64,000 nucleotides of DNA, taken from positions 36,167-100,166 of the forward strand of contig JANXAJ010000001.1 of the NCBI GenBank assembly GCA_025062295.1, given 5' to 3'. The translations under genes and the position numbers were made by a program. The notes below the pieces were generated by a model that worked only from the letters and a program-made list of their open reading frames with translations, was not told where the DNA came from and did no database searches. This DNA is from Bacteroidia bacterium. Lineage in GTDB: Bacteria > Bacteroidota > Bacteroidia > SpSt-205. Numbering within the stretch: position 1 is the stretch's first letter; every line of letters starts with the position of its first letter. Below are positions 47,501-55,898 of this stretch, in pieces.

Positions 47501-47890
47501 AGGTTCCTGAGGAAGGTCGCTTGGCAGATCAGCTCGGGCCTTATCTACTGCATCTTTGACTCGGTCTTTGCATTCCTTCGGATCCAGATTCACGGCAAAT
47601 TCTATGACTATAGTTGAGACATCCTGCTGGGAATAGCTATTGATCTTTTGCACGCCCGAGAGCCCTTTGAGACGCTTTTCAATCGGACGAGTGATAAGAT
47701 TCTCAATGTCAGTGGGAGAAGAGCCTGGATAAACCGTATTGACCACAATCGTAGGGATTACTAAGTCAGGGAAAAGCTCCTTCGGAAGGGTAATGAAAGA
47801 AGTAATGCCGAAAACAGTGATGAGGGCAGTCAGGGCATAGACAGTGATGCGATTTTGAGTCGCCCAGCGGGTCGGACCGAAAAGCCGCAT
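44522..47890 (-). CDS. RND-family efflux transporter permease (AcrB/CzcA-like)
   Basis: 1122 aa, 12 TM helices with two large periplasmic loops, typical N-terminus. No MFP or OMF gene adjacent. Confidence 0.85.
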   Translation of the reverse strand: MRLFGPTRWATQNRITVYALTALITVFGITSFITLPKELFPDLVIPTIVVNTVYPGSSPTDIENLITRPIEKRLKGLSGVQKINSYSQQDVSTIVIEFAVNLDPKECKDRVKDAVDKARADLPSDLPQEPTITDVDFSEFPIMAINIAGNYSPSQLKRYADELKDRIETLPFIRRVDIIGALEREIRIDVDMTKLQAHNLAFSDIENAISRENVLISAGEADLGRQKRTLRLDARFRSVEEIRNLIVRSGFGAPVYLREVAEVYDGYKKRESYALLDGKPVITLSVIKKGGENLVEAADAIFALVAQAQRDFLPPDLRIVITNDQSERTRVQLDDLINTIIIGFILVTVVMMFFIGLENALFVGLSVPLSSFVAFLLFPTLGYSLNLVVLFTFLLALGIVVDDAIVVVENTYRIFDNGRVPILQAAQIAATEVFIPVLSGTLITAAPFVPLLFWQSIPGKFLYYLPVTFLITLFASLFVAYIINPVFAVDFMRPVREGQRRVWSKGFLLTLGLMILLAGVFYVAGSVGLGNLTLILALLFIAARTVLRWLILQFQTKALPRFMEAHRRILRWAIAPGHPKWVLLVLILLMIGGGLVFALYPPKVSFFPTRDPNYIYAYLKLPEGTSPDYTYQIAQLAYQRVKAALGEENPLVTSILVNVGVGSGDPFDRSASNAPNRAKITVAFVEFRNRKGQSTRPYLDAIYTALRDLPGVTLQVEPDRTGPPAGKPIQIEISSEDPTLAIRASQIVKRYLDSLRIPGIQELNSDLVLGRPEIRLVVDRERAQRAGLSSAQLGGELRTALYGKEASKFRNKEDEYPIQIRYKEDYQRQPELLLAHRIVFRDLSDGRLKQYPLASFAALSYGSGQGIIRRKNLKRTITLSSDVLPGYNATEINNQIQQALKGIVLPKEVSIRIGGEQEEQAKAAAFLQRAFLLATGGIFLILIAQFNSIGIPLIIISQVLFSLIGVIWGFALSRIEFSVVLAGVGVVALLGVVVKNGILLVEFIEELRRRGYRTRPAIIEGASIRLKPVLLTAASTVLGLIPLAVGFNIDFASLFTTGDPKIFFGGDTAFFWLPLASAIIFGLSFATVITLVVVPVLYYLLHVGQVTTWRWMRRLRYKYLRD

Positions 47891-47985
47891 TAGCTCAGGA
47901 AACGCAATAAACTCTCCGAAAGTTCCGAGTTTTCAATAGTCTCAATCCTCTTTTTTGATTTTAAATTCTCCGTACTTTTACACTC

Positions 47986-50844
47986 ATGAGATATCTCACC
48001 CCCTACCTTATCGGAGTCATCTTATGCGCTCAACAGCCAAATGGCCTTCTGGATACACTGACAGATTTAGTCCAGCATCGTGAATATCTGGTTCGCATGC
48101 GGGACAGCGTACCGTTAGCGACAAGTGTGAATCTTCCGATTTTCAGTGATACTGCTCAGGTAGAAATAGACCTTGGTTCCATACTACCAGGTCTTGGACG
48201 ACAGCGACTTCGGTTTGCTTATCCTGGAACCCAGTATTTCGTCTATCCTGATCAGCCTGATCCGTATGCGCTGCCGGTCATTTTCACAAGAACCCCCTAC
48301 AATAAGGGAGGGACTGAACTCAGCAAAGGGTACGCCCTTCTTGGATACGCTGGTATAGAGCAGGACATGCGAGGACGATATCGTTCATGGGGCGTTTATC
48401 TCCCTATGTATAGCGATAGCTGGGAAAAGACGGCATATGTCCAGCATATCAGTCCAAATGCCGGCCACCCGTTGGATATCACCCCAGATAAAAAAGCCAA
48501 CCTGCACGAGGATGGATGGGATTCATATCAATGGATTCTGAATGATCTGCGGTATGACCGCGATGGGGATGGGTCTGAAGAGTCTCTGCGATGTAATGGA
48601 AAGATCGGTATGTTTGGAGGCTCCGCGCTGGGCAATACCCAGTATCAGTTAGCGGCAGCTCATCGGATTGACCCTCAATCGCCGGGGCTCAAATGCTTGA
48701 TGCCTGTTGTCGCTTCCGCTGAATTCTATCATAGTGCAGGACATCACAATGGTGTCTACAGAGAACGACTTATAGACGGCTGGCTACGCGGGCAAGTGGA
48801 ATTCTATTCCCTCTGGACCGATGGACCAGCAAATCCCTACGACTCTATTCACACGGTGGCAGATTATGGTCCGAGAATCCAAAATCCGCTTCAAGCAGCT
48901 GAGGCTTGCATAGACTTCTGGACTGTCCAAGATGGGGCTCACTATCCAAACTCACCCGCTCGAGCTATCATGGATATGAGCCATGCAACTCTGGATGAAA
49001 ACGGCAATCCCCAGTGGCGAGGACCGCGAAGCCGATATGAAAATATTCAGGTACCCGTTTATAACCTAACAGGATGGTGGGATATCTTTATAGATGGGCA
49101 GATACAGACTTGGCAAAACTTAATGAAGCATTTACCCCCGTCTCTGAAGAAGTATCAGAAGCTCGTTATTGGACCTTGGGCCCATCAAACTATGGGTCAG
49201 CGGAGTACAGGAGATATGCGGATTTTGCCTGATGGACGTGATCATCGCTATCCACCCAACGTAACAGAGGAATTCAATGTCCCAGATATTTCGGAGCTTC
49301 GCTTGGAAACAGCTTCTGAATTACTTCAATCGGAAGTAGTAGGATGGTTTCGCTACTTTCTCGGCACGCCTACTTTTCAATTGCCGCCAGACACCGCTTG
49401 GCAAGTAGTCCGGGGAAGTATAGGGGATGTCTTCCTTCGTATCCCTGCAGATACTTTCCGAGCAGGGTTTTATGACTTTTTCAACTTTCTCAACGGCACG
49501 GCAGGCTTAGCAAATTTCCCTATAGAATTCAAGATAGGTGCGAGCGGAACCCCCCAGCGTCTCAATATTACGCTTCCTCCGCTCGGAACTTCCCTCTTTG
49601 GGGATACTACTCGTCAAGTGCTCTCCCCTCCTTCTTATGAGTTTGATGCTACGAAGCCAGGTGGTCGTCCGAATGTGCGATTCTATGTCGTGGGCCCTGT
49701 AGCTGATACTCTCAACCCAGCTGTGGGGAATTACTGGTATAAAGCTGACACTTTTCCTCTTCCTTCTTTGCCGACAGTGAGACTGTATCTTCATGGAGAT
49801 GGGCGGCTCTCTGAAATTCCGCCACAAACGGAAGAGCCTCCTCGCTCCTTCGTTGCAGACCCTGACGACCCCGTTCCTACCCATGGCGGACCGAATATGA
49901 TTGAATACACCCCTGATCGTTCCCGTCTGAGCCAAGGACAGATGGATTTCACTGATCCACTCTACCGAAATTTAGTGTTAGACCGCCCTGCTCGCTACGT
50001 CGTTGATGGTCAAAGCTACTCTGACCTTATCGCATATGTCTCTGATTACATTCCTGATTCCTTCTGCATTGCCGGGTTCCCCACAGCTCAGCTGTATGTT
50101 GCGCTGAGGGCTTTATGGGGTGCTTTCCCAGATTCCGTGAATGGAGATATCATCCTGCGAGTCTTAGATGTGTATCCAGATGGGCGTGAGTACTATGTAT
50201 TTGAAGGAGCCTGCAATGCAAGGGCTCGGGAGTATGCAGAAAGCTGGGCTGATGGCTCTGAAGACACCTCTAAGCCATGGTATAACTTAGCTGCTGATAG
50301 TATCTATAAGTGGCGCTTTCGGATGCTTCCGATTGCTTACTGCTGGGGCAAAGGGCATCGTATCAAGGTCCTCGTGAGTGCCACGAACTACCCCCGTTTT
50401 CAGCCATGTCCAAATGTCCCCCTCATGCCTTATGAATTCTATCGGCGGCGTCCCTTTGGTAATACCCCCTACACTTTTCGCGGGGTTGAAATGTATCCTC
50501 GACGAAACCTGCAAACCATTTATTCTGGCCCAGATAAGCTTTCCTTTATTGAATTTCCTGTCTTAGGAGGGCGCTTTGTTTCTCAGCTAGAGACCTATTC
50601 CTCACCTTATCCTCTCCAAACTTCCCTCTATCCCAATCCTGCCGACGAGGCTGCCTCTGTAGAAGTAAATCAGCCTGGCGTGTATGAGGTAGCTGTTTAT
50701 ACTCTGACAGGAGAGCGGATTTTCTTGGCTCACTTTTGTGGTAAGATTGTCCTTCCCGTTTCCGAGTGGTCGCCGGGTCTATATCTTGTTCGGGTGGAGA
50801 GTGGGGGGAAAACAGTTGGATACCATAAATTGGTCGTTCACTAA
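47986..50844 (+). CDS. CocE/NonD-family (peptidase S15, X-Pro dipeptidyl-peptidase-like) hydrolase with T9SS type-A C-terminal sorting domain
   Basis: FTRTPYNKGG...GYAGIEQDMRGRYRSWG core. C-terminal LYPNPADEAASVEVNQPGVYEVAVYTLTGE...GLYLVRVESGGKTVGYHKLVV CTD. Confidence 0.65.
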   Translation: MRYLTPYLIGVILCAQQPNGLLDTLTDLVQHREYLVRMRDSVPLATSVNLPIFSDTAQVEIDLGSILPGLGRQRLRFAYPGTQYFVYPDQPDPYALPVIFTRTPYNKGGTELSKGYALLGYAGIEQDMRGRYRSWGVYLPMYSDSWEKTAYVQHISPNAGHPLDITPDKKANLHEDGWDSYQWILNDLRYDRDGDGSEESLRCNGKIGMFGGSALGNTQYQLAAAHRIDPQSPGLKCLMPVVASAEFYHSAGHHNGVYRERLIDGWLRGQVEFYSLWTDGPANPYDSIHTVADYGPRIQNPLQAAEACIDFWTVQDGAHYPNSPARAIMDMSHATLDENGNPQWRGPRSRYENIQVPVYNLTGWWDIFIDGQIQTWQNLMKHLPPSLKKYQKLVIGPWAHQTMGQRSTGDMRILPDGRDHRYPPNVTEEFNVPDISELRLETASELLQSEVVGWFRYFLGTPTFQLPPDTAWQVVRGSIGDVFLRIPADTFRAGFYDFFNFLNGTAGLANFPIEFKIGASGTPQRLNITLPPLGTSLFGDTTRQVLSPPSYEFDATKPGGRPNVRFYVVGPVADTLNPAVGNYWYKADTFPLPSLPTVRLYLHGDGRLSEIPPQTEEPPRSFVADPDDPVPTHGGPNMIEYTPDRSRLSQGQMDFTDPLYRNLVLDRPARYVVDGQSYSDLIAYVSDYIPDSFCIAGFPTAQLYVALRALWGAFPDSVNGDIILRVLDVYPDGREYYVFEGACNARAREYAESWADGSEDTSKPWYNLAADSIYKWRFRMLPIAYCWGKGHRIKVLVSATNYPRFQPCPNVPLMPYEFYRRRPFGNTPYTFRGVEMYPRRNLQTIYSGPDKLSFIEFPVLGGRFVSQLETYSSPYPLQTSLYPNPADEAASVEVNQPGVYEVAVYTLTGERIFLAHFCGKIVLPVSEWSPGLYLVRVESGGKTVGYHKLVVH

Positions 50845-51037
50845 GAGAAAAGACTCAGAGGGATAAGACTCGGCCATGTAAAGGATAGCCTTCCTTTTTG
50901 AAACTGAGGAGGGGAGAGGTTAATCACAAGGCTTTTCTCTCATCTTGAGGGGTTAGTTGTTTTAGTAGGTTTTTCTTACTTGGGCAAGTAAGAGTAGCCC
51001 CTCTTAGATGCAGGGAGAGCCTTTAGGTGGGAGTGCC

Positions 51038-52099
51038 TCAGCCCATAGGTTCTTCAAGCTCTTTTATCTGATGTGGAAAGGTGTAAAGCTTTTTTTCAAG
51101 GAGTGCTAAGAGACTCGGACGGAAGTGTATAAAGCCAATTGATATGCCCATAAAGGCGATAACAGCTATTAAGAGTAGGGACTCAAGCTGGTATTTCACA
51201 TCTAAGAATGCTAAGAGGGAGGCGATGCCCTGACTACCTGCGATAATCCCTGCTACAGCTGAGGCAGGCAGATGGAGTCGAGCCAAGCAATGAGTGAGAT
51301 GGTCTGTCCCGCCATGAAAAGGGCTACGTCCTTCCCACAGGCGTACGAGAATCACCCAGAAAGTATCTCCAGCTAAGAGAGCGAAGATTGCCACCAGGAA
51401 GAGAACCTTCTCCCATGCTGAGAGGGAAAAAAGAGTGGGTGAGTGCCATACCTCTGTACCCCAATATGCTAAGGTGAACCCTAAGAACTGACTTCCATTG
51501 TCGCCCATGTATAGATGAGATGGATGCCAGTTGCGCAGGAGGAATGCTCCCAATGCTCCTATAAGCCCGCAGTAGAGGTAGAAGTGGGCACTCTGAGGGA
51601 GAAGCCAGAAAGAGTTCAGCAGTAGAACAAGTGAAAGGCTACCCGCGATTCCGTCCATGTTATCCATCATGTTGAGAGCATTCATGACGGCTACATACCA
51701 GAAGAGAGTGAAGAAGACAGAGAGAAGAGGCATGGATGGGATACTCAAGAGGTTGCCTCCCAGAAGGATGCAAGCCCCAGCAGCTGTGAGCTGGCCAAGC
51801 AGCTTCATGTAAGGGAGAGATACAAAGGCATCGTCTGCCAGTCCTGTCAGGAATGCTATAGCCCCTCCAGCAATGAAGGCGCGGCTTATCTCTATTCCCA
51901 TGGGACGCCATGCGGCAATCCCAAGTAAAACGATAAAGAAGGCTATTCCTCCAATAATTGGTTTTCTACGACTGTCCCAGCGACGCTGGTGGGAAATCCC
52001 TTGGCTGAGGGCACCCAACCTTCGAGCAAACCTCAGAAAAATCTCGTTCCACGCCCACGCAGAGATGAATCCAAAGAGAATAATCCCTATACTCTTCAT
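51038..52099 (-). CDS. Glycosyltransferase family 4 polyprenyl-phosphate sugar-1-phosphate transferase (WecA/MraY-like)
   Basis: ALNMMDNMDGIAG (NxxNxxDGIDGL-type) motif, ~10 TM helices. 353 aa. Confidence 0.7.
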   Translation of the reverse strand: MKSIGIILFGFISAWAWNEIFLRFARRLGALSQGISHQRRWDSRRKPIIGGIAFFIVLLGIAAWRPMGIEISRAFIAGGAIAFLTGLADDAFVSLPYMKLLGQLTAAGACILLGGNLLSIPSMPLLSVFFTLFWYVAVMNALNMMDNMDGIAGSLSLVLLLNSFWLLPQSAHFYLYCGLIGALGAFLLRNWHPSHLYMGDNGSQFLGFTLAYWGTEVWHSPTLFSLSAWEKVLFLVAIFALLAGDTFWVILVRLWEGRSPFHGGTDHLTHCLARLHLPASAVAGIIAGSQGIASLLAFLDVKYQLESLLLIAVIAFMGISIGFIHFRPSLLALLEKKLYTFPHQIKELEEPMG

Positions 52100-52150
52100 G
52101 GCGGATATCTCGCTTCATATTGCAAAGATAGGCATTTGTATCTTTGCCCA

Positions 52151-53269
52151 ATGCTCAAAAAGACTCCCTTGAGTTCGATCCATACTAAGCTTGGTGCCAC
52201 TTTCACTGCCTTCGGAGGCTGGGAAATGCCTCTCCGATACAAAAGCGAACTTGCAGAGCATCAGGCGGTGAGAGGTTTCGCAGGTTTATTTGATCTTTCT
52301 CACATGGGGGAGTTTTTAGTGAGAGGGCCGAAGGCTGCTTCATGGCTCAATACAATTCTCACAAATGATATTTCCAAACTAAGGCCAGGCAAAGCCCAAT
52401 ACACTTTGATGGTGAATCAGCAGGGGGGGGTCATAGATGATCTTATTGTATATCAGCTTGAGGCAGAGCTTTTTATGCTGGTGGTGAATGCAGCTACTAC
52501 CCAGAAAGACTGGGAGTGGCTGCAATCTCATCTCCCTCAGAGTGGTGTCTCGTTGGAAAACATCTCTGATCAAACGGTTCTTTTAGCTATCTCAGGGCCG
52601 CAGAGTGAGTCTATTTTGAGTACCCTTACGAGCCTTCCTGTTAGCGAAATGGGCTATTATACTTGTACAAAGGGGACTGTCGCAAAAATCAGCGGCGTGC
52701 TTGTTTCTACGACAGGCTACACGGGCGAATGGACCTATGAGCTTTTTGTTCGTCAGGAGGAGGGAGCTGCTCTATGGGAAGCCCTTCAAGCGGGAGGGCG
52801 AGTGTCGCCAGCGGGCTTAGCTGCCCGCAATACCCTTCGGCTGGAAATGGGCTACCTCCTCTATGGAGCAGACATGGATGAAGAAACTACCCCTTTAGAG
52901 GTAGGATTAGAGTGGGTGGTCAAGCTTGAGAAAGGGGAGTTTATAGGACGGGATGCGCTTCGCCTTCAGAAGCAAAAGGGAGGACCCAATCGGCGACTCG
53001 TTGGGCTGATAAGTGAATCAAACCGGATTATCCCTCGTGCCGGAATGCCACTGCTTGATGAGGCAGGTCAGGTGATTGGACGAATTACTTCAGGGTCCAT
53101 TGGCCCTTCGGTGGGACGAGGCATCGCCCTTGGGTTCGTCCCTGCAACCTACTCCGTCGGAGAGCAGGTGTATTTCATGGTACGAGAGCAGCGTATGTCC
53201 CTAAACATTACCCGTCCTCCCTTCTTGCAGGAGACTTCTCTTCTTCAGCGTCAAAGAGCAAAACTATGA
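52151..53269 (+). CDS. gcvT: Glycine cleavage system T protein (aminomethyltransferase)
   Basis: PLSSIHTKLGATFTAFGGWEMPLRYKS...FDLSHMGEFLVRG collinear with GcvT. Start re-called to ATG 52151. Confidence 0.85.
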   Translation: MLKKTPLSSIHTKLGATFTAFGGWEMPLRYKSELAEHQAVRGFAGLFDLSHMGEFLVRGPKAASWLNTILTNDISKLRPGKAQYTLMVNQQGGVIDDLIVYQLEAELFMLVVNAATTQKDWEWLQSHLPQSGVSLENISDQTVLLAISGPQSESILSTLTSLPVSEMGYYTCTKGTVAKISGVLVSTTGYTGEWTYELFVRQEEGAALWEALQAGGRVSPAGLAARNTLRLEMGYLLYGADMDEETTPLEVGLEWVVKLEKGEFIGRDALRLQKQKGGPNRRLVGLISESNRIIPRAGMPLLDEAGQVIGRITSGSIGPSVGRGIALGFVPATYSVGEQVYFMVREQRMSLNITRPPFLQETSLLQRQRAKL

Positions 53270-53994
53270 GACTGCGCCCACTTGTGCGGGTGTGCCTATC
53301 TACAGCTCTCATTCCTCAATTTCGGGTAGAGGAGTATATTACAGTAGTCATAGATATTCTGCGAGCCACGACGAGTTTTGCCGTAGCGCTGGATAGAGGG
53401 GCGAGCGAAATCCGTCCCGTGCGTTCCCTACGAGCATGTAGAGCATACAAACGATTAGGCTATCTCACCGCTGCTGAGAGAGGAGCCCAAAAGGTGCCTG
53501 GGTTTGACTTTGGCAATTCTCCTTATGATTTTCTCGCAGCTGATCTTCAGGGCAAAAAGATTGCATTTACCACTACCAATGGTACTCGGGCGCTATGGGC
53601 AGTGCGCCATGCGAGAAAGGTCGTTACAGGGGCATTTGTAAATATGTCCGTTCTCTTGAATTGGCTGCGTCAGCAGGATCAGCCAGTACTTCTCCTTTGT
53701 TCTGGGTGGAAAGACCAAGTGAATTTGGAAGACACGCTTTTTGCAGGAGCTGTGGCTACGGAGTTAGAGGGAGATTTTCGCGTCAATGATGATGCTACTC
53801 TGATTGCCATGAGTCTGTATCAGATGGCAGACCATCGTAAGAAATACTACCTTGAGCACTCAGCTCACTTTGAGCGGCTTGTGGAGCTTGGTATGCAAAA
53901 TGATGTCAAATACTCTCTGAGGAGGGACCTTCATCCTGTTCTACCTTATTATCAAGAAGGGCGACTGGTGAATGCGCTCTCTGTGCCTGTATGA
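53266..53994 (+). CDS. 2-phosphosulfolactate phosphatase (ComB) family protein
   Basis: VVIDILRATTSF ... GFDFGNSPYDF hallmarks. Overlaps gcvT and rlmI by 4 nt each. Confidence 0.65.
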   Translation: MRLRPLVRVCLSTALIPQFRVEEYITVVIDILRATTSFAVALDRGASEIRPVRSLRACRAYKRLGYLTAAERGAQKVPGFDFGNSPYDFLAADLQGKKIAFTTTNGTRALWAVRHARKVVTGAFVNMSVLLNWLRQQDQPVLLLCSGWKDQVNLEDTLFAGAVATELEGDFRVNDDATLIAMSLYQMADHRKKYYLEHSAHFERLVELGMQNDVKYSLRRDLHPVLPYYQEGRLVNALSVPV

Positions 53995-55160
53995 GGGGTG
54001 GGCTTCGCCGGGTCCGTTTGCGAGCGGGGAAAGCCGAAAAAATTCGTCTTCAGCGTCATCCTTGGCTTTTTTCGGGCGCATTTGCCCCTGATGCACTTGC
54101 CGACTCAGGCGATACGGTCTGTGTCTGTGATGAACATGGACATCCAATTGCATATGGACACTGGGATGCTCAAAGCCCTATCCGATGTAGAGTATTTGCA
54201 TGGGAAAGGATAAAGCTCACGCCAAACGAGGCTTTCTGGCAAAATCGGTTCGCTCAAGCCCTTGCTTTGCGCCGAAGCTTGCCTGACCTGACCGTAACGA
54301 ATGCTTATCGCCTGCTCAATAGCGAAGGAGACGGAGTGCCAGGCGTGATTGTGGATATATACGATCAGGTGGCTGTGGTTCAACTGCGAACTCCCGGCAG
54401 CGAACGCCTTCGTCCCTCCCTTCTTCGTTTCCTTACCCAACAACTTCAGCTCCAGGGAATTTATCTCCGAAGAGAAACTCCCTCTGAGTCAGAGTGGATA
54501 TGGGGAACTCCATTACCTGAGGTTTTTATCAAAGAGTATGGTCTTGAATTCAAAGTATCTATAGAGAAAGGACAAAAGACTGGCTTCTTTTTGGATCAAC
54601 GTCACAATCGTCAGCTTCTGCGCTCTTATGCAAGTGGTAAGCGAGTGGCGAACTTTTTCGCCTATACGGGGGGCTTTACCCTTTATGCAGGAGCGGGTGG
54701 GGCAGTAGAGCTCCTATCTGTAGAGATTATGTCGGAGCCTGCTTCGCTGATTCACGAAAATCTTGAGCGAAATCAGCTTGCCCATGTTCCTCATACCCTG
54801 TGGATAGAGGATGCCTTTGAAGCTCTCCAGAAGTTAGAAAAAGGGTATTGGGATATCATCATATTAGACCCTCCTGCTTTTACTCATCACCAAGAGACTG
54901 TACCTCAAGCTCTGCGTGGCTACAAAGAGATTAATCGGCGGGCTTTGCGGCTACTGCCAGCTGGTGGGCTTCTTTTTACCTTTTCATGTTCGGCTCATGT
55001 TACGCCTCAAATTTTTAGGGATATGCTTCTGGAGGCGGCGATGGAGGCAGACCGACCTGTCCAAATCCTCCATTTTATGCACGCACCGCCTGACCACCCC
55101 ATAGATTTATTTCATCCTCAGGGAGAATACCTCAAGGGATTTGTTTTATTAGTTCGCTAA
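53991..55160 (+). CDS. rlmI: Class I SAM-dependent rRNA methyltransferase with PUA domain (RlmI-like)
   Basis: N-terminal RVRLRAGKAEKIRLQRHPWLFSGAF PUA-like region, then a Rossmann MTase (ILDPPAF). 389 aa. Confidence 0.65.
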   Translation: MRGGLRRVRLRAGKAEKIRLQRHPWLFSGAFAPDALADSGDTVCVCDEHGHPIAYGHWDAQSPIRCRVFAWERIKLTPNEAFWQNRFAQALALRRSLPDLTVTNAYRLLNSEGDGVPGVIVDIYDQVAVVQLRTPGSERLRPSLLRFLTQQLQLQGIYLRRETPSESEWIWGTPLPEVFIKEYGLEFKVSIEKGQKTGFFLDQRHNRQLLRSYASGKRVANFFAYTGGFTLYAGAGGAVELLSVEIMSEPASLIHENLERNQLAHVPHTLWIEDAFEALQKLEKGYWDIIILDPPAFTHHQETVPQALRGYKEINRRALRLLPAGGLLFTFSCSAHVTPQIFRDMLLEAAMEADRPVQILHFMHAPPDHPIDLFHPQGEYLKGFVLLVR

Positions 55161-55191
55161 GGAAGACCTGCTTGAGTAGGGCATAATATCA

Positions 55192-55228
55192 GGGGGTGCC
55201 AGCAGCTGGAAAGCACTGGCACCCCTTT
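55192..55228. terminator. Bidirectional intrinsic terminator between convergent rlmI and yceI
   Basis: GGGGGTGCCAG - 13-nt loop - CTGGCACCCC, followed by TTT. Confidence 0.7.
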
Positions 55229-55239
55229 AGAAATGCATT

Positions 55240-55860
55240 TCAGCGAGCGTAAATGTCTAATGTGATATTGACTTCATCCCGAATCAGATCATCGGCTCGC
55301 CCGCGATAAGCAATCCCCCACTCTTGACGATTGATGTTGAAGGAGGCTTTTGCATTGAGCCCGCCTTCACTTGGCTTCAAGACTACAGGGAAGGTGATAT
55401 TTTTCGTCTGACCTCGTAGTGTCAGATTTCCTGAGAGAAGGAGGGTGTCTCCATTTCCCTTTTGGCAGTTTGTAATCTCAAAAATTCCTTTGGGATGTTG
55501 GTCCGTCATGAAGAAGTCTGCGCTCCGAAGGTGCTTCTCTAACTTTTGCTTTAGCTCTCCCTCTAAATCTAAAACTTGAAGGTTTTGAAGGTTTAGAAGA
55601 ATCTTACCACTTGTGATGCATCCATTCTCGGCAAAACTGATCTCTCCTTCTTCAATCGGGAAGGAGATTTCATGTCTTCCTGTTACCTTTGTTCCAATAG
55701 CGATGACTTTACTTTCTTGGAGGGAAAGTTTGAGAGGCTTGCCTGTGAGCTGGGTAGGAGCGGCTTGAGGTTCTTGTGTTTTTGCTTCGGGTGCTTGAGG
55801 TGCTTGTGTACAGGCACTCCATAAAATGATAGTGATAAAAAGCCGGCTAAAGTGCTTCAT
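55240..55860 (-). CDS. YceI-like periplasmic polyisoprenoid-binding lipoprotein
   Basis: Lipoprotein signal LWSACTQA and YceI-like beta-barrel pattern. 206 aa. Confidence 0.6.
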   Translation of the reverse strand: MKHFSRLFITIILWSACTQAPQAPEAKTQEPQAAPTQLTGKPLKLSLQESKVIAIGTKVTGRHEISFPIEEGEISFAENGCITSGKILLNLQNLQVLDLEGELKQKLEKHLRSADFFMTDQHPKGIFEITNCQKGNGDTLLLSGNLTLRGQTKNITFPVVLKPSEGGLNAKASFNINRQEWGIAYRGRADDLIRDEVNITLDIYAR

Positions 55861-55898
55861 ATGCCCCGTAAAACAAAAATATTCCAGTGAGAGTTCTC

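Noticed and set aside
47954-47980. Candidate Bacteroidota promoter (-33 TTTG at 47954..47957 / -7-like TACTTTTA at 47973..47980) in the 95-bp divergent region between the RND permease and the S15 hydrolase
   Set aside because: The -7 box lacks the terminal G of TAnnTTTG and spacing to the -33 TTTG is ~15 bp rather than the usual 19-21 bp. It is kept only as a weak possibility.
51989-52150. Glycine riboswitch upstream of gcvT
   Set aside because: No aptamer consensus (GGAGAG / ACCGAAGG) is present. Most of this region is the 5' coding end of the divergent wecA-like gene.
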